Origin: an uncultured Acidobacteriota bacterium
GTDB taxonomy: Bacteria > Acidobacteriota > Terriglobia > Acidiferrales > UBA7541
Reading direction: 5' to 3'
NCBI GenBank assembly: GCA_963772535.1
Contig: CAVYXN010000005.1
Location: 161,408-225,407, forward strand
DNA: 64,000 nucleotides
Shown here: positions 1-8,580 of the stretch, piece after piece
How positions within the stretch are numbered: position 1 is the stretch's first letter
Layout of the letters: the number at the start of each line of letters is the position of its first letter
Notes under the pieces: model-generated
The model's database searches: none
What the model saw: only the letters and a program-made list of their open reading frames with translations
Told to the model about the DNA's origin: nothing
Program-made: the position numbers and the translations under genes

Positions 1-1806
1 CAGCCAGTGTGGAACGAAACCGAGACGCTGGCGGTTGTCTATAACGGCGAGATTTACAATTTTCGCTCGCTGCGCAAGGAACTCGAATCCGCTGGGCATA
101 CCTTCCGTACGCATTCCGATACTGAAGTGATCGTGCATGCGTTTGAAACGTGGGGCGAAAAGTGTGTCGAGCGGCTGCACGGGATGTTTACATTTGCGAT
201 TGTAGAGATGCCGCAGGGGTCTAGCGGGCGGGCGACGCGGGTTTTTGTCGCTCGCGACCGGATGGGAATCAAGCCGCTGTATTACGCAATTGTGGAGGGA
301 GCTTTATTTTTTGCGTCGGAGGTACGAGCGCTTTTGGCTAGCGGCGCGGCACCGGCACGGCTTTCTGCGGATGCGCTTTCGTCGTACCTCTTATTTGGAT
401 CTGTGAGCGAGCCGGTGACTTTGGTCGAAGGTGTTTTTTCGCTACCGCCCGGGCACTATCTCGCTGTTCAAGCCGGCGAGGAGAAAATTCGGGCGGTTGA
501 TCCCAGACCTTATTGGAATGGGGCGAAAGAGGGCGCGCGAGAAACAGCGGTGGCGACGGTGGTGGGCGCCGCGGCGACGCCAGCGATGCGCGTTCGTTCG
601 CTGCTTGAGGGGGCTGTGGCTAGCCACTTAATCGCGGACGTGCCGGTTGGCGTGTTTCTCAGCAGCGGACTTGACTCGACGGCGATCGCTGCGTTGGCCA
701 GCCGGGCGCAGCGCGGTATTCACACGTTTACCGTGGCGTTTCCGGATGTGGAGTTCAGCGAAGCTGAGAAGGCGCGGCGGACGGCCGAGCGGCTTGGCAC
801 GGAGCACTCGGAGTACACGCTATCGGGCGAGGAGATGCTGGCGCGGCTGGATGAAGCGGTAGCGTCTTTCGATCAGCCCAGCATGGACGGCATCAACACG
901 TATTTTGTTTCGTGGGCGGCGCGGCAGGCGGGATTGAAGGTGGCGCTTTCGGGACTGGGCAGCGACGAACTGTTTGGCGGTTACACATCTTTTCAGGCGA
1001 CATCGAAAATCAGGCGCTTGGCGTCGGCGGCTGATTGGACGCCGAAACCCTTGCGGCAATTAGTGACTTCGAGCGGCGCCGCCAAGCTTTCCGGGGGCTC
1101 TCGGGATGCGGTTCGAAAAGCATCCGCGGCTTGGCTCGATCCTTCTGCGCTGCCGCATCCGTATTACTTCACGCGATCGTTGTTTACGCCGCAAGTGGTT
1201 GCGGGATGGCTACGTCAAGACGCGAATTCCTGGACGGCGACTCCGTGGGGCAGATGGCTTGGCGAGGCGGCTGACGAAGCGCGGTCGATGGATGAATTCA
1301 CGGGAGTTTCCTGGCTGGAGCTGCGGTCGTACCTTGTGAATACGCTTCTGCGCGATACGGACGCGATGAGCATGCACCATTCGCTGGAAGTGCGCGTGCC
1401 GTTTCTTGATTCTTCGCTTGTCGAATATTTGCTGTCGCTGCCAGAATCGCAGAAGCGTAATGCCGCGAAGCCGAAAGCGCTGTTGATTGCTGCGCTCGGT
1501 GAGCTTCTGCCAAAGGAACTGATTTGGCAGCCGAAGCGTACTTTCACGTTTCCCTGGGAAAATTGGATGCGGGGCGCGCTGCGCGAGCGAATCGCAGCGG
1601 GATTGGGCGATTGGTCGCCTGCTCTCGAGCCATTGCTCTGCGGCGAAAATGCGCGGCGGGTTTGGGACGATTTCCTCGCGAGTCGAACGACATGGTCGCG
1701 GCCATGGAGCCTTTACGTGCTTAATGAATGGGTGAAACGGCATCTGGGCGGAAAGTTTGCCGGAGATTCCGAGCCTCGAAAGGATGCTGCTGTTTCCGTC
1801 GCCTGA
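1..1806 (+). CDS. asnB: asparagine synthase (glutamine-hydrolysing) family amidotransferase, 5' end cut by window edge
   Basis: Frame is open from base 1 (QPVWNE...). VVYNGEIYNF and HSDTEVIVH match the Ntn-glutaminase domain. VGVFLSSGLDST matches the PP-loop of the synthetase domain. Confidence 0.9.
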   Translation, partial: QPVWNETETLAVVYNGEIYNFRSLRKELESAGHTFRTHSDTEVIVHAFETWGEKCVERLHGMFTFAIVEMPQGSSGRATRVFVARDRMGIKPLYYAIVEGALFFASEVRALLASGAAPARLSADALSSYLLFGSVSEPVTLVEGVFSLPPGHYLAVQAGEEKIRAVDPRPYWNGAKEGARETAVATVVGAAATPAMRVRSLLEGAVASHLIADVPVGVFLSSGLDSTAIAALASRAQRGIHTFTVAFPDVEFSEAEKARRTAERLGTEHSEYTLSGEEMLARLDEAVASFDQPSMDGINTYFVSWAARQAGLKVALSGLGSDELFGGYTSFQATSKIRRLASAADWTPKPLRQLVTSSGAAKLSGGSRDAVRKASAAWLDPSALPHPYYFTRSLFTPQVVAGWLRQDANSWTATPWGRWLGEAADEARSMDEFTGVSWLELRSYLVNTLLRDTDAMSMHHSLEVRVPFLDSSLVEYLLSLPESQKRNAAKPKALLIAALGELLPKELIWQPKRTFTFPWENWMRGALRERIAAGLGDWSPALEPLLCGENARRVWDDFLASRTTWSRPWSLYVLNEWVKRHLGGKFAGDSEPRKDAAVSVA

Positions 1807-1841
1807 TCCACACGCATGCGTGAGACAACCGACTTCTCGCA

Positions 1842-3629
1842 ATGATCATTCTTGGAATCAATGCTTACCATGCAAACGCTTCGGCGGCGATCGTCGCCGA
1901 CGGACGCCTCCTCGCAGCCGTAGAAGAAGAACGACTGAACCGCGTGAAGTATGCGGCGGGCTTGCCGGTGCGCGCGATTCAATATTGTCTCGAGCAAGCC
2001 GGCGTGAAGCTCTCGGAAGTGGATCACATCGCGATTCCCCGCGATCCACGGGCGCGGCTTGCGACAAAGTTGCGATTTGCCATGCGCATGCCGCGCTTCG
2101 CGTTCGAGCGAGCGCGCGTGATGGCTCGTTTTGCAGGCATTCGCGAAGATTTGGCGTCGGCCTTCGAGATAGCGCCTGAGAATATTCGCGCGCAGTTCCA
2201 TCGAATCGAGCACCACACTGCGCATCTGGCTAGCGCTTACTTTGTTTCGCCATATGAGCGGGCAGCCGTTTTATCGGCGGATGGACTCGGCGATTTCGCA
2301 AGCTCCATGTGGGCCGTTGGCGAGGGCCCGCGCATGCGAATCCTTGGCGAGATCACGTTTCCGCACTCGCTCGGAATGTACTACACGGCGCTGACGCAGT
2401 ATCTTGGCTTCTGGAAATTCGGCGACGAGTACAAGGTGATGGGCCTGGCGGCGTACGGCCAGCCGGAATTCCTCGAAGAATTTCGCCGCATCGTGCGCGC
2501 GGATGGGCCGCTTTCGTTCCGGCTGGGCCTTGAATATTTCACGCATCAGAATCAGGGCGCGGAGATGTCGTGGCGCGACGCGAACCAGACACCGGTGCTC
2601 GGGCGGCTATTCTCGCCATATCTGGAGAAGCGGCTTGGGCCTACGCGCAAAGCGGAAGAGCCGCTCGAACAGCGTCATCATAATCTCGCGGCGAGCATGC
2701 AAGCTGCGCTCGAAGAAGTGCTGGCAGCGCACTGGGCTGCGCTTGCGAAGAAAACCGGCGAAAAGTCGCTTTGTCTCGCAGGAGGCGTGGCGTTCAATTG
2801 CCTGGCGAACGGGAAAATTTTCGACCACTCGCCGTTCGAGCGCGTTTATGTGCAGCCGGCGGCCGGGGACGCGGGATTATCGGTGGGCGCGGCGTTCGCT
2901 GTAGAACACCAGACACTCGGCCGTCCACGCGAATTCGTGATGGAGCATGCGGGATGGGGGCCGGAATTTTCGCAGCAGCAAATTCGCGCGGCGATTGAGG
3001 GCTCGTCCAACTGCGATATGCAGCTCAGCGAATTGGACGAAGATTCGCTGGTGCAGGACACAGCACGGCACATCGCCGCGGGAAAAATTGTGGGATGGTT
3101 TCAAGGGCGCGTGGAATGGGGGCCGCGAGCACTGGGGCAGCGCAGCATTCTGGCCGATCCGCGGCGCGCAGAAATGAAAGATATCCTTAACCGGCGCATC
3201 AAGCACCGCGAAATCTTTCGCCCCTTTGCGCCTTCGATCATCGAGGAAGCCGTCCCCGAATATTTCGAGCGGAGCGATCCTTCGCCTTTTATGACATTTG
3301 CATACTCGGTTCGCCCCGAGAAGCGCGGGGTGATTCCGGCGCCGACTCATGTGGACGGCACTGCGCGGTTGCAAACGGTGAGCCGCGGCGCGAATCCTCT
3401 TTACTGGAAACTCCTTAGCGCGGTTGGCGATCTTACGGGCGTGCCGGTGGTTCTGAATACTTCGTTTAACGACAACGAGCCGATCGTCTGCCGTCCGGAG
3501 GAAGCGCTCGATTGCTTCCGTCGCACGCAGATGGATGTGCTGGTGATGGGGAACTTCACGCTCGAGAAAAAAGCTGCGCTCGCGGCGGACGCCATGAGAG
3601 CCGAGGGTTTTGCCGAACCGTTGAAATGA
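1842..3629 (+). CDS. carbamoyltransferase, NodU/CmcH/TobZ family (paralogue 1)
   Basis: ILGINAYHANASAA N-terminus, IEHHTAHLASAY (HxxxH), VQPAAGDAGLSVGAA, GPRALGQRSILADPR, KHREIFRPFAPSI, THVDGTARLQTV, LNTSFN. Confidence 0.9.
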   Translation: MIILGINAYHANASAAIVADGRLLAAVEEERLNRVKYAAGLPVRAIQYCLEQAGVKLSEVDHIAIPRDPRARLATKLRFAMRMPRFAFERARVMARFAGIREDLASAFEIAPENIRAQFHRIEHHTAHLASAYFVSPYERAAVLSADGLGDFASSMWAVGEGPRMRILGEITFPHSLGMYYTALTQYLGFWKFGDEYKVMGLAAYGQPEFLEEFRRIVRADGPLSFRLGLEYFTHQNQGAEMSWRDANQTPVLGRLFSPYLEKRLGPTRKAEEPLEQRHHNLAASMQAALEEVLAAHWAALAKKTGEKSLCLAGGVAFNCLANGKIFDHSPFERVYVQPAAGDAGLSVGAAFAVEHQTLGRPREFVMEHAGWGPEFSQQQIRAAIEGSSNCDMQLSELDEDSLVQDTARHIAAGKIVGWFQGRVEWGPRALGQRSILADPRRAEMKDILNRRIKHREIFRPFAPSIIEEAVPEYFERSDPSPFMTFAYSVRPEKRGVIPAPTHVDGTARLQTVSRGANPLYWKLLSAVGDLTGVPVVLNTSFNDNEPIVCRPEEALDCFRRTQMDVLVMGNFTLEKKAALAADAMRAEGFAEPLK

Positions 3630-3734
3630 GAAATTGAGGTAAGATTGTAAGTAGTGGGTAACACACAATTTGGAATCGCAGTTCTCGTCGCTCCGAATCC
3701 CAGCCCGCGACGAACCTGAAGTGGCAGGCCGCTC

Positions 3735-4958
3735 ATGCACATATTGCTCTTGAACGAATACTATCCGCCGGACACTTCTGCCACCGCGAAGATGGCCGCG
3801 CTCGTCGCGGAAACTCTCGCCAGGAAACACCAGGTTACCGTCCTTGCCGGCCGGCCCTCGTACGATCCCGATGAATATTATCCGTTCGCTTTTCTCCGGA
3901 ATGATAAGCGAAACAATGTGACGGTTGAGCGCGTGGGCTCGACTGACTTTGCGCGTCACGAGATGAAGCGCCGCGTCTCGAATTACCTTTCGTATCTTGC
4001 GCTAGCGGTGCCGCGCGCGCTCGCGATCCGGCCTGATGTGGTTTTGGCAATGACTGACCCGCCGGTGGCAGGAATCGCCGGGGCGTTCGTTGCGCGCATG
4101 AGCGGCCGTCCGTTTGTGTACAACATACGGGACATGTATCCGGACATGGCGCTGGGAGGCGATATTTTGCGCGCGAATTCGCTCGTCGCGCGATGGGAGG
4201 CGATGCACCGCCGCGCTTTGCGAGAGGCGGCGCGGGTGATCGTCCTTGGCGACGACATGCGCGAACGAATTCTCGCGAAGGGCGTGGCGCCGGACCGCGT
4301 CGTGGTGGTCCGCGACGGCGCCCAACCTTCGGGGCCGCTGCCAGACAGTACGCATCCCACCGTGGAGGAAGTTCGGTGCGGATTCTCATTCGTCGTCCTG
4401 CACGCCGGTAATCTTGGGTTCTATGGCGCATGGCCGACACTTTTGAAGGCAGCAGAATTGCTGCGCAACGAAAACACCGGGCTCGTGTTTGTGGGTGACG
4501 GGGCCAACCGCGCTGCCATGCAAGCGTCGATTAACGGTTCGAAGAACGTGCGCTTCCTGCCGTTCCGTCCGGCCAGCGAAATTCCGCATGTGATGATGGC
4601 GGGTGACCTGCACATCATCACCGTGAAGCGCGGGCTGGAAGGCGTCGTGGTGCCCAGCAAGCTCTATTCAACGCTGGCTGCAGGGCGTCCGATACTGGTG
4701 GTAGCGGCACCCGAGTGCGACGCAGCGCGAATTGTGCAGGAATCCGGTTGCGGCGTGTGGGCTGATCCGGATGATCCCGCTGGAGTGGCGGCGGCAATTC
4801 GGAAACTTCGCGAGGACCCGAATCGGCTTGCGGAGATGGGCCGCAGAGCCCGGGAAACCGCGGGGAAGTATGCTAGAGTGAATGAGTTAGAGAAATTCAC
4901 AGCAATCTTAGAAGAAGCCGCGCAAGAGAAGCCTGGAGGGCGCCATCTGGAACAATAA
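3735..4958 (+). CDS. glycosyltransferase family 4 (WcaI/WbuB-like)
   Basis: MHILLLNEYYPPDTSATA N-terminus typical of GT4/GT-B enzymes. C-terminal half has VVPSKLYSTLAAGRPIL nucleotide-sugar-binding-like motifs. Confidence 0.85.
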   Translation: MHILLLNEYYPPDTSATAKMAALVAETLARKHQVTVLAGRPSYDPDEYYPFAFLRNDKRNNVTVERVGSTDFARHEMKRRVSNYLSYLALAVPRALAIRPDVVLAMTDPPVAGIAGAFVARMSGRPFVYNIRDMYPDMALGGDILRANSLVARWEAMHRRALREAARVIVLGDDMRERILAKGVAPDRVVVVRDGAQPSGPLPDSTHPTVEEVRCGFSFVVLHAGNLGFYGAWPTLLKAAELLRNENTGLVFVGDGANRAAMQASINGSKNVRFLPFRPASEIPHVMMAGDLHIITVKRGLEGVVVPSKLYSTLAAGRPILVVAAPECDAARIVQESGCGVWADPDDPAGVAAAIRKLREDPNRLAEMGRRARETAGKYARVNELEKFTAILEEAAQEKPGGRHLEQ

Positions 4959-5004
4959 GAAAGTTCTTGTAACCGGAGGTACATCTTTTATCGGTTCTCA
5001 TCTT

Positions 5005-5958
5005 GTGGATGCGCTATTGGAGCGCGGGGCGAAGGTCCGCGTGGTGGACGATCTTACGAGCGGGAGGCTGAGCAATATCGAGCGTCACCTGAAAGGTGGA
5101 CACGTGACGTTCGTCGAGGCCGATCTCCGCGAACCGGGCGTGACGCGCGCGGCAATGAATGGCATCGAAGTGGTGTTTCACCTGGCTGCCGATCACGGTG
5201 GCCGAGGTTATGTGGACCTGCACCAGGCCGGCCCGGCCTCGAATTTGTTTCTCGACGGGCTAGTCTTTTGGGAAGCAGTGAAGGCGGGCGTGGAAAAAGT
5301 GGTGTATGCCTCGTCCGGCTGCGTGTATCCCAATTACATGCAGACTGACGTGAAGAAGGAAATCTATCTGCGTGAAGAAGATGTGAAGCCGCCGCACGAT
5401 GCGGATAATATGTACGGTTGGGCGAAGCTGATGGCCGAGCTTACGCTGCAGGCGTATCACCGGGAACACAAACTCGGGGCTGCATCGTGCCGTTATTTCA
5501 CGGTGTATGGGCCGCGGGGCGTCGAGAATCATGCCGTGATAGCGATGATTGCGCGCGCGTTCGTAGGTCAGGACCCATTCGAAGTGTGGGGCGACGGGAA
5601 TCAAATCCGAAACTGGACCTATGTGGACGACATCGTGAACGGAACCATTCTGGCCGCGGAAAAAATCAATGACGGCACCGCCGTCAATCTCGGCACAATG
5701 GAGCGCATTCGAGTGATCGACGCCGCGAAAATGGTGCTCGATTTTGCTGGGAAGAAAGCTGAAATTCGTTTGCGGCTTGATATGCCGACGGGGCCCGCCA
5801 ACCGAGTGGCGGATAACGCGCTCGCCAAAAAGCTGCTGGGCTGGGAGCCGAAGACGAAGTTTCGCGACGGGTTGAAGAAGACGATGGATTGGTATTTCGA
5901 GAGCAAGAAGACAGATGAGGTGCGCGGCGTGCTCGAGAAGATGTTGACCGCGCGGTAA
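5005..5958 (+). CDS. NAD-dependent epimerase/dehydratase (SDR family); true start probably upstream of the listed GTG
   Basis: YASSGCVYP and MYGWAKLMAE (YxxxK) SDR motifs. The glycine-rich Rossmann motif KKVLVTGGTSFIGSHL is encoded in the same frame at 4957-5004, upstream of the first canonical start (see findings). Confidence 0.85.
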   Translation: MDALLERGAKVRVVDDLTSGRLSNIERHLKGGHVTFVEADLREPGVTRAAMNGIEVVFHLAADHGGRGYVDLHQAGPASNLFLDGLVFWEAVKAGVEKVVYASSGCVYPNYMQTDVKKEIYLREEDVKPPHDADNMYGWAKLMAELTLQAYHREHKLGAASCRYFTVYGPRGVENHAVIAMIARAFVGQDPFEVWGDGNQIRNWTYVDDIVNGTILAAEKINDGTAVNLGTMERIRVIDAAKMVLDFAGKKAEIRLRLDMPTGPANRVADNALAKKLLGWEPKTKFRDGLKKTMDWYFESKKTDEVRGVLEKMLTAR

Positions 5959-5979
5959 CCGCGTTAACCTGAACTGATT

Positions 5980-7044
5980 ATGGCGATTCCGACCAGTCTG
6001 ATTGCATTCGGCGTAGCGCTCTTCGGCTCGCTCGGGCTGACTGCGCCGGTACGCCGATTCGCGCTCCGAGTGGGTCTTGTCGACAAGCCGGGCCCACGCA
6101 AAGTCCATCTAAAACCGATTCCCCTTCTTGGTGGTATCGCGATCTACCTAGGATTTGCGGCGGCGATATTGCTGACGCAGCACGGCGTGATGCAGCAGCA
6201 AACGATCGCAATTTTCACCGGCGCCACGCTTCTAGCAATCGTCGGATTTCTCGACGACGGCGGGTTGCTGCATCATCAGGTGAAGTTGTTCATCGGCATG
6301 CCCGTCGCGGGGCTGTTGCTGCTTGCTTCGGGAATTCGCGCTCAGCTCTTTTCCCAGTTTATTCCAGGGAACACAGGAATCATATTGGACGGCTGCCTGA
6401 CCGTCATCTGGGTGGTCGGCATCACCGCTTCGTTCAGCATTCTCGACCATATGGACGGCCTGTGCGCCGGCATCACGGCTGTGGCGGCTGCGTTCTTCAT
6501 ACTCGCGGCCTATATGAATGGGCAGACGGCTGTGCAAACTCTGGCGGCCGCCACGCTGGGCGCCGCTCTTGGATTCCTTCGCTGGAATTTCAATCCCGCC
6601 AAGATATTTATGGGGGACGGCGGAGCAATGTTTCTCGGTTTCCTGATGGCGACTCTGGGCCTGAAGATTCGCCCGGATGGCGCGCCATTTCCGGCTGGGT
6701 GGCTCGTTCCGGTTCTAATTCTAGGCGTCCCGATCTTTGACACGACGATGGTATCGATCTCCCGGGCGCGCCGCGGGCTTCTTCCTTTCACGTCTCCTGG
6801 GAAGGACCATACTGCGCACCGCTTGTCGAACCTGGGCCTGGGTCATCGGGGTGCGGTGCTCGCCATGTATTTGCTGGCCGGGCTTCTGGGAACGATATCG
6901 TTGTTTGTTGGCCGCTTTTCGACCGGCACTACTTATGCGCTCGTCGGTGCACTGGCCCTGTGCGCACTGATCGCCGTGGTTTTCCTCGAAACTGCTCCGT
7001 ACGAGAAGCAGATCAAGCTGCAGAAATCCTCCTCCCCTACCTAG
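5980..7044 (+). CDS. wecA: polyprenyl-phosphate HexNAc-1-phosphate transferase (WecA/MraY family)
   Basis: Multi-TM protein with DKPGPRKVHLKPIPLLGGIAIY, FLDDGGLL, ILDHMDGL and KIFMGDGGAMFLGF motifs of the MraY/WecA superfamily. Confidence 0.85.
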   Translation: MAIPTSLIAFGVALFGSLGLTAPVRRFALRVGLVDKPGPRKVHLKPIPLLGGIAIYLGFAAAILLTQHGVMQQQTIAIFTGATLLAIVGFLDDGGLLHHQVKLFIGMPVAGLLLLASGIRAQLFSQFIPGNTGIILDGCLTVIWVVGITASFSILDHMDGLCAGITAVAAAFFILAAYMNGQTAVQTLAAATLGAALGFLRWNFNPAKIFMGDGGAMFLGFLMATLGLKIRPDGAPFPAGWLVPVLILGVPIFDTTMVSISRARRGLLPFTSPGKDHTAHRLSNLGLGHRGAVLAMYLLAGLLGTISLFVGRFSTGTTYALVGALALCALIAVVFLETAPYEKQIKLQKSSSPT

Positions 7045-7252
7045 AAGAAATCCCGTGCCCCGATACAGGCTTCGTCTTTGGTGGTCTTAGGGCAGTAAGA
7101 TATACTTTCCCGCCTGTGTTTCGGGTGCTAAGGTACCCCGGCAGGTGCTCGTGACGTTGATAGAAGCGTCGCAAGCGCCGCGTCGCCTTCCAGAAACACG
7201 GCTTTGCGAAACATGTTAAACAGCTGAATTTGATTCCTGCTGAGGACTACTA

Positions 7253-8458
7253 GTGCTCGAATCGCGCGTCGGGAACAACGACTCCAACTCCAGTTCACGC
7301 TCAAGCAACCAGAACGTCGCTGTAGTCGGCGGGTCCGCCGCCGGGCTTTTTACAGCCTCTCTATTAGCGCGTAAGGGCGTATCCGTGCGCGTGTTTGAGC
7401 GCATTGAAACGCTCGAGCCTGCTGCGCGGACGCTCATCGTTACTCATCGGATGAGGAACCTGCTGGGAGCCGCCGCGGAGCGAAGCATCGTCAACGAAAT
7501 CAGGCGCTTCGAGTTATTTACGGACGGGCGCAGCGCCAACGTTTCCCTGAAACATCCAGACCTGGTTATCGAGCGGCGCGCTTTGATCCAAGGATTGGCG
7601 GAAGAGGCGCAGCGGGCCGGCGCTTCCCTTGCGCTGGGTCACCGTTTTCACGCGCTTCACCCCAACGGCCGAGGCATCGTTCTAGAGATGGAGCATTGTG
7701 CGAGCGGCCGGCGCGAAGAGGTCCGCTCGGATACGATTGTTGGCGGTGATGGGGCTTCGAGTCGCGTGGCGCGCGCGGCAGGATGGTCGCCCCTTGAGAC
7801 GGTTCCGCTCGTGCAGGCAATGGTGACGCTGCCGAAGGATATGCAGGCCGACACGGCGCGAGTGTGGTTCGTTCCGCAGGACACGCCTTATTTCTACTGG
7901 CTGATTCCGGAATCTCCTACGCGAGGCGCGCTAGGATTGATCGGCGAAAATGGGCCGGATACACGACGCCACCTCGAACGCTTTCTCGAAAAGCGAAAAC
8001 TCGATCCGATCGAATTTCAGGGCGCGCGTATCCCCGTATACAAGAAATGGGTGCCTGTGCGGCGGCAGGTTGGAAACGGGTCGGTGTATGTGGTGGGCGA
8101 CGCTGCCGGGCAGGTGAAGGTGACGACGGTAGGCGGTATCGTCACTGGATTTCGGGGGGCGCTTGGCGTGGCCGAAGCGATTCTATATGGTGGCGCGAGC
8201 GCGGAGCTTCGCTCGCTGCGGCGCGAATTGAATCTGCATCTGCTGTTGCGCAGGTCACTGCATGATTTCCAGCAATCCGATTACAGCCGGCTGGTGGATT
8301 TATTGAATGCGCCTGCGATTCAATCGCTGGGCGACTACTCGCGGGACGAAGCCTGGAAAATTCTTTGGCGCGTTTGTCTGAAGCAGCCGCGTCTTCTGCT
8401 GATGGGCCTGCGGGGATTGCTGACGCGTGGACAGGCGCTTCATCCTCCTCGAGATTAA
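7253..8458 (+). CDS. FAD-dependent oxidoreductase, geranylgeranyl-reductase-like
   Basis: VAVVGGSAAGLFTASLLARKG dinucleotide-binding motif, IVGGDGASSRVAR, VYVVGDAAGQVKVTTVGG. GAGG lies 7 nt before the GTG start. Confidence 0.75.
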   Translation: MLESRVGNNDSNSSSRSSNQNVAVVGGSAAGLFTASLLARKGVSVRVFERIETLEPAARTLIVTHRMRNLLGAAAERSIVNEIRRFELFTDGRSANVSLKHPDLVIERRALIQGLAEEAQRAGASLALGHRFHALHPNGRGIVLEMEHCASGRREEVRSDTIVGGDGASSRVARAAGWSPLETVPLVQAMVTLPKDMQADTARVWFVPQDTPYFYWLIPESPTRGALGLIGENGPDTRRHLERFLEKRKLDPIEFQGARIPVYKKWVPVRRQVGNGSVYVVGDAAGQVKVTTVGGIVTGFRGALGVAEAILYGGASAELRSLRRELNLHLLLRRSLHDFQQSDYSRLVDLLNAPAIQSLGDYSRDEAWKILWRVCLKQPRLLLMGLRGLLTRGQALHPPRD

Positions 8459-8580
8459 TTTACTTCGTGCTTCCTTCAGCTTATTCGGCGTGCGGGCTGA
8501 TTCCAGGTTCTCCTTCTACTTTAGATGAATTCGGATTGCTGATGGCGTGCGTATCCCTAGAAATGAAAGAGCGCACGTAA

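Noticed and set aside
2877-3959. Long antisense or overlapping ORFs: 2877-3959(-), 5260-6108(-), 10310-11056(-), 14521-15228(-), 37004-38224(-), 37051-38208(+), 41550-42332(-), 41606-42376(+), 48286-49233(+).
   Set aside because: Each lies entirely within a gene that has clear family motifs on the other strand or frame. Their translations are Arg/Pro/Gly/His-rich low-complexity strings typical of stop-poor alternative frames in high-GC DNA.
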